A DNA stretch of 64,000 nucleotides. Origin: Octopus vulgaris (taxonomy: Eukaryota). The notes beneath the pieces are model-generated. The model had not been told where the DNA came from. It worked only from the letters and a program-made list of their open reading frames with translations, and made no database searches. The translations under genes and the position numbers were made by a program. This document shows, piece after piece, positions 27,243 to 39,688 of this stretch (position 1 is its first letter; each line of letters begins with the position of its first letter). The stretch lies in assembly GCA_951406725.2 (NCBI GenBank), contig OX597816.1, positions 52,576,001 to 52,640,000 of the forward strand, in the 5' to 3' direction.

Positions 27243-27568
27243 ACCCGTGCCGGTGATACGTAAAAAGCACCATGCGAACGTGGCTGATGCCAGCACTGCC
27301 TGACTTGCGTCCATGTCGGTGACACGTAAAATGCACCAACCAATCATGGCTGTTTGCCAGCCACCTCTGGCCCCTGTGCCGGTGGCACATAAAAAGCACC
27401 TACTACACTCACAGAGTGGTTGGCGTTAGGAAGGGCATCCAGCTGTAGAAACACTGCCAGATCAAGATTGAAGCCTGGCGCAGCCTCCTGGCTTTCCAGA
27501 CCCCGGTCGAACCATCCAACCCATGCTAGCAAGGAACATGGAGATTAAACAATGATGATGAGGATGAT
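27243..27568 (+). mobile_element. Family C RTE 3' end
   Basis: Three GGCACGTAAAAAGCACC-type units + terminus. Confidence 0.75.
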
Positions 27569-28599
27569 GTTATCTAATGTATACATTTTGAAGAGATGTA
27601 CTATTGGTTGGAAAGATACATTATTGTGATTTTATTGTGTTAAATACATAACTTGGTTTGTCCCGATTTTCCTGAATAGTTAACAGAGTTTAGAGTTTAA
27701 GTTGATTCATGAACAATATTATAGGCATTCATCAATAAATTCCAAACTGTGCAAGTGTGCAAAACCAATCCTACATGTGCGTGGGATGAATTTTGTAAAC
27801 TTGTTCATTAACAAGGGAGAAATGGATATGAAAAGGAAAAATTCCAATAAAATGTCTTTTTTTTTTAAAGTTTTGAAAAAAAAAAAAAAATGAAGATTTT
27901 ATTTTCTATGGTTGCCTTTGTTATTGGGGAAAAAAATATTCATAAACCTCTGATTTTAACAGTTAGATAAAGTAATTAAAATATAGAAAGCTAGACAAGA
28001 ATCATGATGTCTGACATTTGGTAAAAAAAATAAGACTTTATTGATTTGTCACCATGCAATGATAATTGGAAAGGAGTATAAGAAACAGGGAAAAATTCAT
28101 AACTGTAACTAACAATGATTGCAGGGAGAAGGGTGAATGGGAGAAAAAGTAAGAGGAGAGAAAGAGAGTAGGAGAAGAAAATGAAACTTTGAAATGGAAA
28201 AAGAAGAGAAAAAAGAAAACTAAGGAAAAAAAACTGGCTTCATCAGCATCATTTACAACAATAGCAAAAATATTATGAGATTAAAATATGTTATTTAGAT
28301 TGTAATTAAAGCTGTAAAGAAAGCTGATTTAAGAAATATTCAGAAAGGGGAAAAAAAGAGAATAGTGGGAGAAAAAGAAAGAAAGAGAAAAAATGGCAGA
28401 AAGAGGAAAAAGTTACTGACTAGAATTTAAGGATTTCTATTAATATTTAAAAAAAATGAAGGAACAAATATAGTCAAATTTCAAACCATATTTCATGAGA
28501 TTATGCAAAAAGATAGACTTTTGTTTCAAAGTTAGGAAATAAAGAAAAATATTTTGGGGAGGGAAATAACTGTTATTTTTGCCTGAAAATAAATATTTA

Positions 28600-28639
<40 letters not shown>

Positions 28640-28647
28640 TTCTGCTC

Positions 28648-28688
<41 letters not shown>
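28600..28688. repeat. Interrupted (AAT)n microsatellite
   Basis: Direct reading. Confidence 0.95.
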
Positions 28689-28689
<1 letters not shown>

Positions 28690-29767
28690 CATGGGTGGTT
28701 CTTTCAACATCCTTAAACAACCCTTATTCAGGACCGTTTAACTCAACCTGAAAATCTAACAGGGCCCCACCTGCAAGTCATGTGCTGTTTATCTTGATAT
28801 GAGATCACCATGTGCACATATGTTGTGATATGTGCCTGGTGTACCTTTATCAGACGGGTAGTCATGATGGGTATATTGGGCTTGTATATTTACCCAGTGT
28901 CACTTTGATAGAACCTGTTACATTGCAAAAGAAATATAAAACACATGAAAATTATTCTATAAAAATGTTATTTTAGCAGCAAATATATTTATTTTATTTT
29001 TCAAAAGATACTTCTTTATATTTATATTTTTGGAATCTAGTTCTAATTGATTTTATCAATTCTTACTATTTCCTTTACTATGCATACAACAAATTTAGAT
29101 ATCAAAAAAAAAAAATATATATATTATGTCAAAATGTCTGCATACAATAAGCAAGTTAGTATTCTTGTATTAAAATTCAGGAAGCATTAAGAAGCCAAAT
29201 AGAAATAAATATGCAGTAAAAAAATCAAAAACAATATTAGTCAAGGATGAATATTATTTTCAATTATCCAACCAATACAGGAGATGACTCTATAACATGT
29301 TTCGGTTTAAACCTGATATCATCAGTGAAGCATAACATTAACAATATTTGCAGAAGAAGTGATGAATGAATCACTATATAAATATACAAAGTGTGTATAT
29401 GATTCTATCTTTTAATTTTTTTAGAATTAGAGATAGTTTTGTAGAAATTTGTTAAAGCTTTATGTATTCATTTCTTTGGTAGTTTAGGCTGAGCCTCCAA
29501 GAGAAATATTGCATGGCAAAAACAAATCAGTTTTTGGTTTGCAGTGCATTTCCTTTCAAAATTCAAAAGGTTGCCATGCATTTATTTATTCGTCTTCCTC
29601 ATCATCATCATCATCATCATCATTATTATTATATAGGTGTGTAGCTTGCTTACAAACCACATGATTCCAGGTTCAGTCCCACTGTGTGGCACCTTGGGCA
29701 AGTGTCTTCTACTATAGCCTTGGGCCGACCAAAGCCTTGTGAGTGGATTTGGTAGATGGAAACCGAA

Positions 29768-29930
29768 ATTTGAACGGTGAAGTTCCAGAGGAGTGAGATG
29801 TGATCATTTTCAAGCACTGGAGGTGGTTTGTGTTCCCACCAGTTTTTATCATGGGGCAGGTCCAGGTTTTTGTAAATTACCCAGTGAATATACTGTGCAG
29901 CTCTATCATGCCTGTTGAGATACTCTGGAA
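29768..29930 (-). mobile_element. R4/Dong-like (RLE) LINE fragment
   Basis: YLNRHDRAAQYIHW...HKPPPVLENDHISLLWNF carries the RHD..IH and EN...LW motifs that precede the restriction-like endonuclease. Confidence 0.65.
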
Positions 29931-31019
29931 GCACAAGAAAACTGCACATTATTATTACTATTATTTCAAATTTTTGCCACAAGGGCAGCTTGGGGGAAGT
30001 GGATTATCATCATTATCATCATCATCATCATTATTATTGAGAAAAAGGCTCATTAGATATTCATAGCTCTCTCCTTAGTTTTATGTACCCCAGAGAGATG
30101 TACTGGCTCAATTCCTCCAATAAGCCCTAGGTTTAGATTTTGTTAGAATATGAAAAAGATTTTTGGATGCAGTTAGCAATATATGTAAATCTAGTCACAT
30201 TTTCTCCTTGTTAAACTTTGAGTTCCATTCTTCATTCTTACCCAATACATCTAGAGGTAAGATGGTGGAATGTAAATCATGGTATAATTAAATTTATATT
30301 CCTATCCCATTTTTATTTGATTGAAACTTATTACACAAATTACAAATATTGCAAACTTAAATTATGATCGTCTGAGAACATTTTTCTGCTCTTAAAAAAT
30401 ATGACATAGAAATAACCAGAATGATTTTTAAATGAGTTTCATTATTATTATTATTTTGCATTTTGTTAATGAGAACTAAGGTGGAGCAGATATTCATGGA
30501 GAAAATTAATTTAAAGTGAAAAGACAACTTTTTGAAAACATCAATCATAAGCTGCTGAACACTGATGTCTGAACATTGTCTGATTAATAGAGACATGAAT
30601 TTGACCAAAAAGTTGTAATTATGATCACTTAAATAACCATTCTGTACTGTTCACACATTTTTTTTTTCTTTGGTTGAAGCTTGTAGCAATTTTGTTTGAA
30701 ATTATAATTGCCAATTATGTTAATATATTTAAATTTTAAGAGTCTGATGTCATGTATTTCAAGAATGACTTAAGGCAATGCGAGTATTCAAGTGTTTAGA
30801 CTAGAATGAGCTATAAAGTTTCATTATTATTTATATCAAAAATTTTTATCTACGTATTTGTTATGCATTACAGTTAGGTTATGACCGAGATAATCTTAAT
30901 AACACTTCAACAAACATTCTTCCTAACATGTCAAAATATTAAATGTCTAAATGTGTGACATAAGCTATTGTTAATGTGATTATAATGTTTTAGGCTTTCA
31001 AATTCATCTTTAACGATGA

Positions 31020-31322
31020 ATCTCTCTCTATCTGCTCAGTTGAAGTCGACTCTCGGTCACTCATTGGATCAGTGTCCTCCAGTCAGTTCTATCCTGGGCC
31101 ACTTCTTTCAGATTGGCTATGTCCATTCCAGTATCACTCTTGATAGTGTCAAGCCAGTGGGTTCTTGGTTGGCCTCTTTCTCTCTTGCCACTGACCATTC
31201 TGAGCATAATGTCCTTCTCCAGAGATTTTCTCTGCATGATATGACCGAAATATGCCAATCTATGCTTGGTGATCCTAGCTTCTAGCGACATTTTCGGCCT
31301 TATCTGCTTAAGAACTTCATCA
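31020..31322 (-). mobile_element. BovB-like RTE LINE 3' fragment
   Basis: RLAYFGHIMQRKSLEKDIMLRMVSGKRERGQPRTHWLDTIK...AQDRTDWRTLIQ*VTESRLQL closely resembles the BovB C-terminus (YFGHLMRR.DSLEK.LMLG..EG.R.RG.QR.RWLD). Confidence 0.8.
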
Positions 31323-31901
31323 ACTCCAAGTTCAATTTGCTTGATCACTTATTGTAAGTATGTGTTTTATTTCTGGATATGTAGTTTATGAGTAAAAGTT
31401 ATTGATATGAATCTAATTTGTAATCAAATCCCGTCTTGCTATGAGACTGCTAGTGATGCTGCAGAACAAACTGATCAAAATATTGTATGAATGTAAGCAC
31501 TAATAACCTAAAAAAATGAGAAAAATTATCATCCTAAGGTATATTTTGGTTGATTAGAATGGAAAGTTGTCTAAACAATTTCTTTTAATAAGATCAAATT
31601 CTCTTTGGGGCATGATTGCATGACTAAGAAGTTTTCTTTGCAACCAAGAGATTTCACATTCAATAATGTTGTTTGACACCTTAAACACATATCTTCTACC
31701 ATAGCCTCAAGTAGACCATTACCTTGTGAATGTAATTCAATGACAGATGTTGTGCAGATTCCATTGTATCTATGTGCATGTACATGTGTGTATGCATGTA
31801 TATAGTGTGTATGTATGTCTGTATGTGCATGTAAGATAAATTTTATTTTTAAGCTAAAACTTTAAAAATTGTGAATTTTATGTTTTATTAATTTCCAATT
31901 A

Positions 31902-32260
31902 ATAGGTGCAAGCATGGCTGTTTAGTAAAAAGCTTGCTTCCCAACCACATGGTTCCAGATTCAGTCCCATTGTGTAGCACAATGGGCAGATGTCTTTTAC
32001 TATAGTCTTGGGCTAGCCAAATTCTTGTGAGTGGATTTAGTAGATAGAAACTAAAGGAAGCCTATCATCTACATACATATACATACATACATATATATAT
32101 ATAGGGAGAATTTATGAAAAAAAAGACGAAGACAGGTGGTGTACAAAACAAACAGATGTATTAGTATAATGCTCAGGAATAGAAAAAGTCTTTTACGTTT
32201 CGAGCCTACGCCCTTCTACAGAAAGGTACACAGAAAAAACAAGGAGAAAAGCAAGGAAAT

Positions 32261-32299
<39 letters not shown>

Positions 32300-32346
32300 A
32301 CATACATATACCTATGTATATATATATATACCTACATACATATACC

Positions 32347-32395
<49 letters not shown>

Positions 32396-32665
32396 GCACA
32401 CACACAGATGTATATATCTATGTGTATATCTTTGCGTATGTATTTGTCCCTCCACCACCACCACCACCACCACTTGACAACTAGTGTCAGTGTGTTTATG
32501 TCCTCATAGCTTATCAGTTCAGCAAAAGAAACCAACGGAATAAATACTAGGCTTTAAAAAAAATTAAGTTCGGGGGGGAGGAGGTCGATTTGTTTGACTA
32601 AAAAACCCTTCAAGGCAGTGCCCAACCATGGCTACAGTCAAATGACAAACAAGTAAAAGATAAAC
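31902..32665 (+). mobile_element. SINE family A (older) with ~160-bp insertion in its microsatellite
   Basis: Head 31902-32070, tail 32420-32665, foreign segment ~32103-32262. Confidence 0.7.
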
Positions 32666-32793
32666 GAAATTAATCAAAGGATTTTGAACTTATAAGATTT
32701 GATTGGAACATGTCACTGGCTGAGATTCTACCTGTATAGCATTTTGACATATTTCAAAGGGAAAGTTTCAATTCATGAAATCACAGGCTTTAA

Positions 32794-33015
32794 CCCTTTT
32801 GATACCAACCCGGCCAAAACTGCCTCTGGCTCTGTAGAACAAATGTCTTGTTTTCATAAGTATTGAATTAAAATCTTCCACCAAACGTTAGTCACAATTT
32901 ATGTTCCCAACACTAGCCTAATGATAACTAAGTTCTTTTATTAAATTCTTTGTTGTATTTAAAATTAATTGAATGAAACACAGAGAATCTCAAAATAAAT
33001 ACAGTAACAAAAGGG
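32794..33015 (+). mobile_element. piggyBac-type MITE, copy 2
   Basis: TTAA|CCCTTTTGATAC ... GTAACAAAAGGG|TTAA; same internal sequence as copy 1. Confidence 0.85.
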
Positions 33016-34679
33016 TTAACAGTGAGATGCAGGGCAACAAATGAAAATTTTTGGTTTGTCTGGAATGCTCGTTAGTTATATAAGAGAAGGTCTAATATTT
33101 AATTATTGGGCATTCTAAGATATTTCAGTAAATAGTTCTGATAATCCTTTCTACTATAGACACAAGGCCTGAAATTTTGGGGGAGGAGGATAAGTCGATT
33201 GACTCCAATGCTCAATTGGTATTTATTTCATCTACCCACAAAATGAATGAATGTTGACTTCAGTGGAATTTGAACTCAGAATATAGACAGCCGAAATGCC
33301 ACTAAGCATTTTGTCCAATGTGCTAATGATTCTGCCAGCGCACTGTCTTTAAAATATTTTAAATAATGGGTTTCAAATTTTGGCACAAGGCCAGCAATTT
33401 CAAGGAGAGAGAAAGTTGATTATGAAGCTCAGTACTCAATTGGTACTTATTTTATCAGCCCCAAAAGGATGAAAAGCAATGTCAAGTTCAGCGGAATTTG
33501 AACCCAGAATGTATATAAAGGCAGATAAAACGCCACTAAGCATTTTGTTTGATGTGCTAATGATTCTTCTAGATCACCAGCTTTAGAATATTTCTAAGAA
33601 TGGCAACAAAATTATTAGCACTGAAGAGTGATTAGAATAAAATTCTTTTGAAACAACATATTCATTTTCACTGATACAAAGATCACAGCCACTGCTACCC
33701 TTACTATAATTCTTGGCATGCTCTAATATACTTTCTGTTAATATTGGTCCTTAAAAACCAGATTTACTTTAACAAACTTCTATTTAAAGACTTTTCTTCA
33801 AGATTTCTGAAACTATATTGATGTTCACTGAATCTTATTTTTATAGAATTCTTAGTCAGCCTCATATAAAACTTAAAAGTTGTATTATTATCTGTAAATA
33901 CACTATTGATTTCAAATGACATTAATTATTTAATGAAACATTTGTGAAGTTTAAATCAATAGCACAAATGGGAAGGATTGGCTGTCAATAGCTATTTACG
34001 ATTTTTGCTATTAATACTTGCTGTTTCTGTAGCAAAATTATGTGTACAATCAAAACTAAATTTAATGTTACTCCTATTAGAAATTTATAATTACAATTTT
34101 TCAAAACCAAGAAAGAAAAAAAAACTTATTTAATAAGTTAAAAGGTGATTAATGAGTATTGTACTAACTTTATCATTGAATATAATATTAAACTAAATAT
34201 ATTTCTTACATTTATATATTTGTTTTTGCAAGATTCTTGATGTGAAATCGTGTGTTGAAACAGATATTGTTGTATTTAGGAATGGTCATTTTGCCAGTTT
34301 AGCCAATAAAAACACACGCACTATATATTTGGTGTTAATTTGCTTCAGCTTTATTTATTTTTTACATTAATCTTAATCGTATTTCATCACACTCCCATGA
34401 CCTCATCAGTGGTCCTTTGCTTTCCTCTTTCATATTTGTGTGTCTCTCCTTACTAACGGTCAGACATTTTGTATTTTGTATTCTTATGGGAGGTGTCTTT
34501 ATTTGCGCATGTGTATACCTCCACATGTATCTATGTTTAGTTAGTGTGTGTGTTGGGGTGGAGTGCCTGTATTATCTGTATCTCCTGTATATATACACAT
34601 TCATGTAATTTGTTTTTGTTTATTTTGTTCATGTGTTTATACCTACTTATTTTTTTTGTATTTAATTTTTTTTATAGTT

Positions 34680-35463
34680 TGTGTGAAAAAGTGCCACACC
34701 CTAGCGATTGAGGGAACCTGTGGAAGAGGCAGACCCAGGAAAACCTGGGACAAGGTGGTGAAGCACGACCTTCAAACTTTAGGTCTCACTGAGGAAATGG
34801 CTAGAGACCGAGACCTCTGGAAGTATGCTGTGCGCGAGAAGACCCGGCAGGACAAGTGAGACCATAACCCGTGGCCTTCTACATGGGATGTAGCCAGCCC
34901 ACTTATGCATACCTTCCCTTCTTGGGACACAAAACTCTACTTGTGAAGACCTGTTGAGGCAAGTGAGAATCAAAATCGAAATCGATCAATGGAAATTGCA
35001 GCTGAGTTACCAGTGCCGGTGGCACGTAAGAGAACCATCCAAATGTGGCCGTTGCCAGCGCCGCCCTGACTGGCCTCGGGCCGGTGGCACATAAAAAGCA
35101 CCATCCGTTCATGGCCGTTGCCAGTGCTGCCCAGACTGGCCTCGTGCCAGTGGCACATAAAAAGCACCATCCATTCGTGGCCATTGCCAGCCTCGCCTGG
35201 CCCCCATGCCGGTGGCACGTAAAAAGTACCATCCGTCCGTGGCTGTTTGCCAGCTCCATCTGGCACCTGTGCGGGTGGCACGTAAAAAGCACCCACTACA
35301 CTCATGGAGTGGTTGGCGTTAGGAAGGGCATCCAGCCGTAGAAACACTGCCAGATCAGACTGGGCCTGATGCAGCCTTCTGGCTTCACAGACCCCAGTTG
35401 AATCGTCCAACCCATGCTAGCATGGAAAGCAGACGCTAAATGACGATGATGATGACGATGATG
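34680..35463 (+). mobile_element. 5'-truncated RTE-clade LINE (longest family C copy): ORF end + 3'UTR with ~62-66 bp tandem units + (GAT)n tail
   Basis: IEGTCGRGRPRKTWDKVVKHDLQTLGLTEEMARDRDLWKYAV...* (stop 34859) is a typical RTE C-terminus. It is followed by repeats of GGTGGCACGTAAAAAGCACC and the common end GGAAGGGCATCCAG...CATGCTAGCATGGAAA..(GAT)n. Confidence 0.8.
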
Positions 35464-36323
35464 TTAATGTATATAGTTATTTAATTCCATTTGCTTATCT
35501 TTGTATTTTATTATGGTTTTTGTTTTGTTTATATTGTTATCAGTTTATGGGGATCTTATTCTGTCATATGTTTTAGTATATTTCATTTTTCGATATTTCC
35601 ATGTCTAAGAAATTTTATTATTTATGAAATAAGTTATATCTTTAATAGCCCTGTGTTTCAGTGCTTCATTATTGTAAGAGATTCTTTCATAAAAGAAACA
35701 GATATAACTTGAAAAACCTTACAAGTTAAGAACTTAATTGATGACAAATCATAAAGCATGTTAACCCACGAGCAAACTATTAATGATCAATGTGTTTTAA
35801 AAATTTAGTTGCAAACATGAGAGTTGTAAACTCATGAAATCCAAATGCTATACTTGGTTATATAAATATCACATTCTCCCAATGGCCCATAATGTACTTA
35901 CAACCTAGAACAATTACAAAGCATTACATCACACAATACAAAAGTTGACAGGTAAAACTTAAGTAAACAACACAGCTATATTATACAGATTTCAGCAGTA
36001 AAATAGATGATTAATGATGGAAGCAATTTTCATAAGACAGCACAATGTTAAAATAAACATATGGATAACATACAACAATCACAGTCAAAAATAAACACCC
36101 AACAGATGATACATAAATCTAACTGTTAGAAACCTCAAATGCTTATTATAAGTAGACAGTAACGCATCATTTCATTCAGTGACAGAGAAGATCTAGAAAC
36201 TTCGATTGTAGATTTGGGAACTTCATTGTTCCACACAGACTTCAAAGAACTCATAAAGGATAAGAATAAAGAAAATCTTTGATATGAAACATAAAGCTAG
36301 AACAGAGTTGTATTTCCAATATA

Positions 36324-36355
<32 letters not shown>

Positions 36356-37018
36356 ACATATCCTTCATTCCTTGGACCATCAGCTCTTAATGGAGTCAGA
36401 GGAGCCCCATCATGATATACAACATGTCTTGAACATTCTGAACCAAACAAAGTGAAACTCTCTCCAGGACTGAATTTCACTGATTTCTTCCACAGAGTAA
36501 GAGAAAGAAAGTAAAAACAAAAAAACGTGTGTGTGTGAGAGAGAGAGAGAGAGAAGAAGAAGAATCAACTCTGGTATTGGTATTTACTAAACTCTAAAAT
36601 AATCCTTTCTACTATAGGCTCAAGGCCTGACATAGTCAACATTGATGGAATTTTGAAGTAAGAATGTAAAGCTAACAGAAATACTGCTAAGCATTTTGTC
36701 TGGTGTGCTAATAACCCTGCCAGCTCACGATCAAATCTAAAATAATGAAAAACAAAGTTGAGCTCAAAGAGATATGAACTCAGAGCAACTGATCAGCTAT
36801 ATATATATATATATATATATAATTTTAATCCAAACGGGAAACAAAAAAAACAACAACAAGGGAACAATTACAGTATTATTATTAATAGGCGCTCAGGAAA
36901 AGGAAGAAAGAGGGTTTAACGTTTCGAGCGGAGCTTTTCGTCGGAAACATAGGAGAAGGAAAGATCCTGAGAAGGGAAGACAGAGGAAAAAAAATCGCCA
37001 ACGGTACACACGAGGTCA

Positions 37019-37395
37019 CAGGTGCAGGAGTGACTGTGTGGTGAGTAGCTTGCTTACCAACCACATGGCACCTTGGGCAAGTGTCTTCTACTATAGCCTC
37101 GGGCCAACCAAAGCCTCATGAGTGGATTTGTTAGACGGAAACTAAAAGAAGCCTATCATATATATGTATATGCATATATATATATGTGTGTATTTGTGTG
37201 TCTGTTTGTCCCCCAACATCGCTTGACAACCGATGTTGGTGTGTTTACACCCCCATAACTTAGCAGTTCAGCAAAAGAGACTGATAGAATAAGTACTAGG
37301 CTTACAAAGAATAAGTCCTGGGGTCGATTTGCTCGACTAAAAGGTGGTGCTCCAGCATGGCCGCAGTCAAATGACTGAAACAAGGAAAAGAGTAA
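37019..37395 (+). mobile_element. SINE family A
   Basis: Match, with the B box deleted. Confidence 0.8.
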
Positions 37396-37396
37396 A

Positions 37397-37439
<43 letters not shown>

Positions 37440-37501
37440 TCTTTGTATATATTTCTATACATTTCTAAATATCTCAGAGAGATTAATGCAGTAGTGATAT
37501 G

Positions 37502-37750
37502 ATAAAGTAGTTGTATACTGTCAAATTAATGTGACAGTCCCATGAAGGGAATAATACAACTGCTATTTAGCCCTAGGAAGTAGCAACGCTTCCTGTCTAG
37601 CTGGGTGGAGGTGCTTATATCCCCCTTGCAAACATAAGGACATAGGAAATGTGTCAAGGCCGAAATGAAGCGTTGCTGCTTCCTAGGGCTAAATAGCAGT
37701 AGTATTATTCCCTTCATGGGACTGTCACATTAAGTTGACAGTATACAACT

Positions 37751-37757
<7 letters not shown>
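37502..37757. mobile_element. Fold-back MITE with 91-bp terminal inverted repeats
   Basis: Arms 37502-37592 and 37667-37757 are reverse complements with 3 mismatches around a 74-bp spacer. The right end abuts (TA)n. Confidence 0.8.
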
Positions 37758-37814
<57 letters not shown>

Positions 37815-38247
37815 TACACACACATATACACAAATATATATATATATATGCTGGTGACATTTCACAAGGTTCATCCTGTCTCAATGATAGTTTATCTATA
37901 TTCAGTTTGAATGTTGAATATATCTGATTTTCCTTGAGGCATGTAGCAGTTAAGTTGTATAATAGTAAATGTCTTCCATTGGCAAAATTTCTTATCATTT
38001 TTATGAAATTCTTAAAAAACACTACTCTTTATCACTACCAGAAATGTAGTGAACCACTTACAGACTCAATGGAAACCTACACCTAATGATGCCATTGTTC
38101 ACTAATTGTGATATAAAATTATAAAATAGAACATAGTAAAAAGTAGCTGCCAAGAACAACTGTGTTGAGTTTCTCTCTTGAAAATGTCTCATAACAATAT
38201 CTGGGAAAAGTAAGGCAAACAAAAAGAACAGAGGCAGCATGAAAATA

Positions 38248-38475
38248 TACTCTTTTACTCTTTTACTTGTTTCAGTCATTTGACTGTGGCCATGCTGGAG
38301 CACCACGTTTAGTCGAACAAATCGACCCCAGGACTTATTCTTTGTAAGCCTAGTACTTATTTTATCGGTCTCTTAAGCTGAACCGCTAAGTTACAGGGAC
38401 ATATACACACCAGCGTCGGTTGTCAAACGATGTTGGGAGGGACAAACACAAGCACACAAACATATACCCACATAT

Positions 38476-38526
<51 letters not shown>

Positions 38527-38681
38527 CATACATATATACAACAGGCTTTTTTCAGTTTCTGTCTACCAAATCCACTCACAAGGCTTTGGTCGGCCTGAGG
38601 CTATAGTAGAAGACACTTGCCCAAGGTGCTACGCAGTGGGACTGAACCTGGAACCATGTGGTTCATAAGCAAGCTACTTAC
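38248..38681 (-). mobile_element. SINE family A
   Basis: Near full-length match. Confidence 0.85.
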
Positions 38682-39133
38682 TATCATAAGACCAGTCATT
38701 TTGGTAGAGGGACAGGTCAATTAGATTGATCCCAGTGCTCAACCGGTATTTATTTTATGTACCCCCAAAGGAATCAAAGGCAAAGTTAACCTTGGCAGAA
38801 TTTGAACTCAGAACATGGAGACAGACAAAATGCCACAAAGCACTTTACCTGGCATGCTAACAATTCTACCTGCTTGCCACCTGTCAGTATGAAAATATTA
38901 GATAAATATTATTCTGAAACTTAACTTTCATTTGTTTCTGATGGTTTTGATTGATGGGAAAACTTCGTTTGTAACCCATAATACAAATTATACAAATTGA
39001 TTGAAGGAAGTTATAGAAATCTGATCAAGAATTTGAAGAAATCAAATTTATCCTGAAAGCTTATACTGATTCTTTCTGAAAACAAACACAATTAAGTTAG
39101 GTTTTGACAAAGTGGATCTATATATACATAATA

Positions 39134-39688
39134 TCAAAATCAAAATCAAATTCGATAACTGGCGTCCGTGCAAGTGGGGTGCAAAGAGGACCATAAGAGT
39201 GTGATCATTGACAGATCGACTAACTGGCTTCCGTGCCGGTGGCACATAATAGGCACCATTCGAGTGTGGTCATTACCAGCGTTACCTTACTGACACTCCA
39301 GCCTCGTGCTAGTAGGGTGTTAAGAGCACCATCCAAGTATGATCATTGCCAGAGCGGCTATCTGGCCTCCGTGCTGGTGGCACGTAAAAGGCACCATTCA
39401 AGCGTGATTGTTACCAGCATCGCCTTACTGGCACCTGTGCAGGTGCCATGTGTAAAAGATTTGAGCGAGGTCGTTGCCAGTACCAGCTGACTGGCTCCAT
39501 GCTGGTGGCATATTAAAGCACCCACTACACTCTCGGAGTGGTTGGCATTAGGAAAAGCATCCAGCTGTAGAAAGTCTGCCAGATCAAGATTGAAGCCTGG
39601 TGAAGCCATCTGGTTTGCCAGCCCTCAGTCAAATTGTCCAACCCATGCTAGCATGGAAAGCGGACATTAAACGATGATAATGATGATG
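39134..39688 (+). mobile_element. Family C RTE 3' end (about 6 tandem units)
   Basis: ATCAAAATCAAAATC lead-in, repeated units, terminus and (GAT)n. Confidence 0.75.

Noticed and set aside
28689-28910. GC-richer segment directly after (AAT)n, possibly part of a Dong/R4 element
   Set aside because: It has no readable ORF or second copy in the window, so I cannot support a call.
35015-35295. CRISPR-like repeat-spacer pattern (constant ~20-mer every ~64 bp)
   Set aside because: The 'spacers' are homologous to each other, the array sits in a LINE 3'UTR in eukaryotic DNA, and there are no cas genes.
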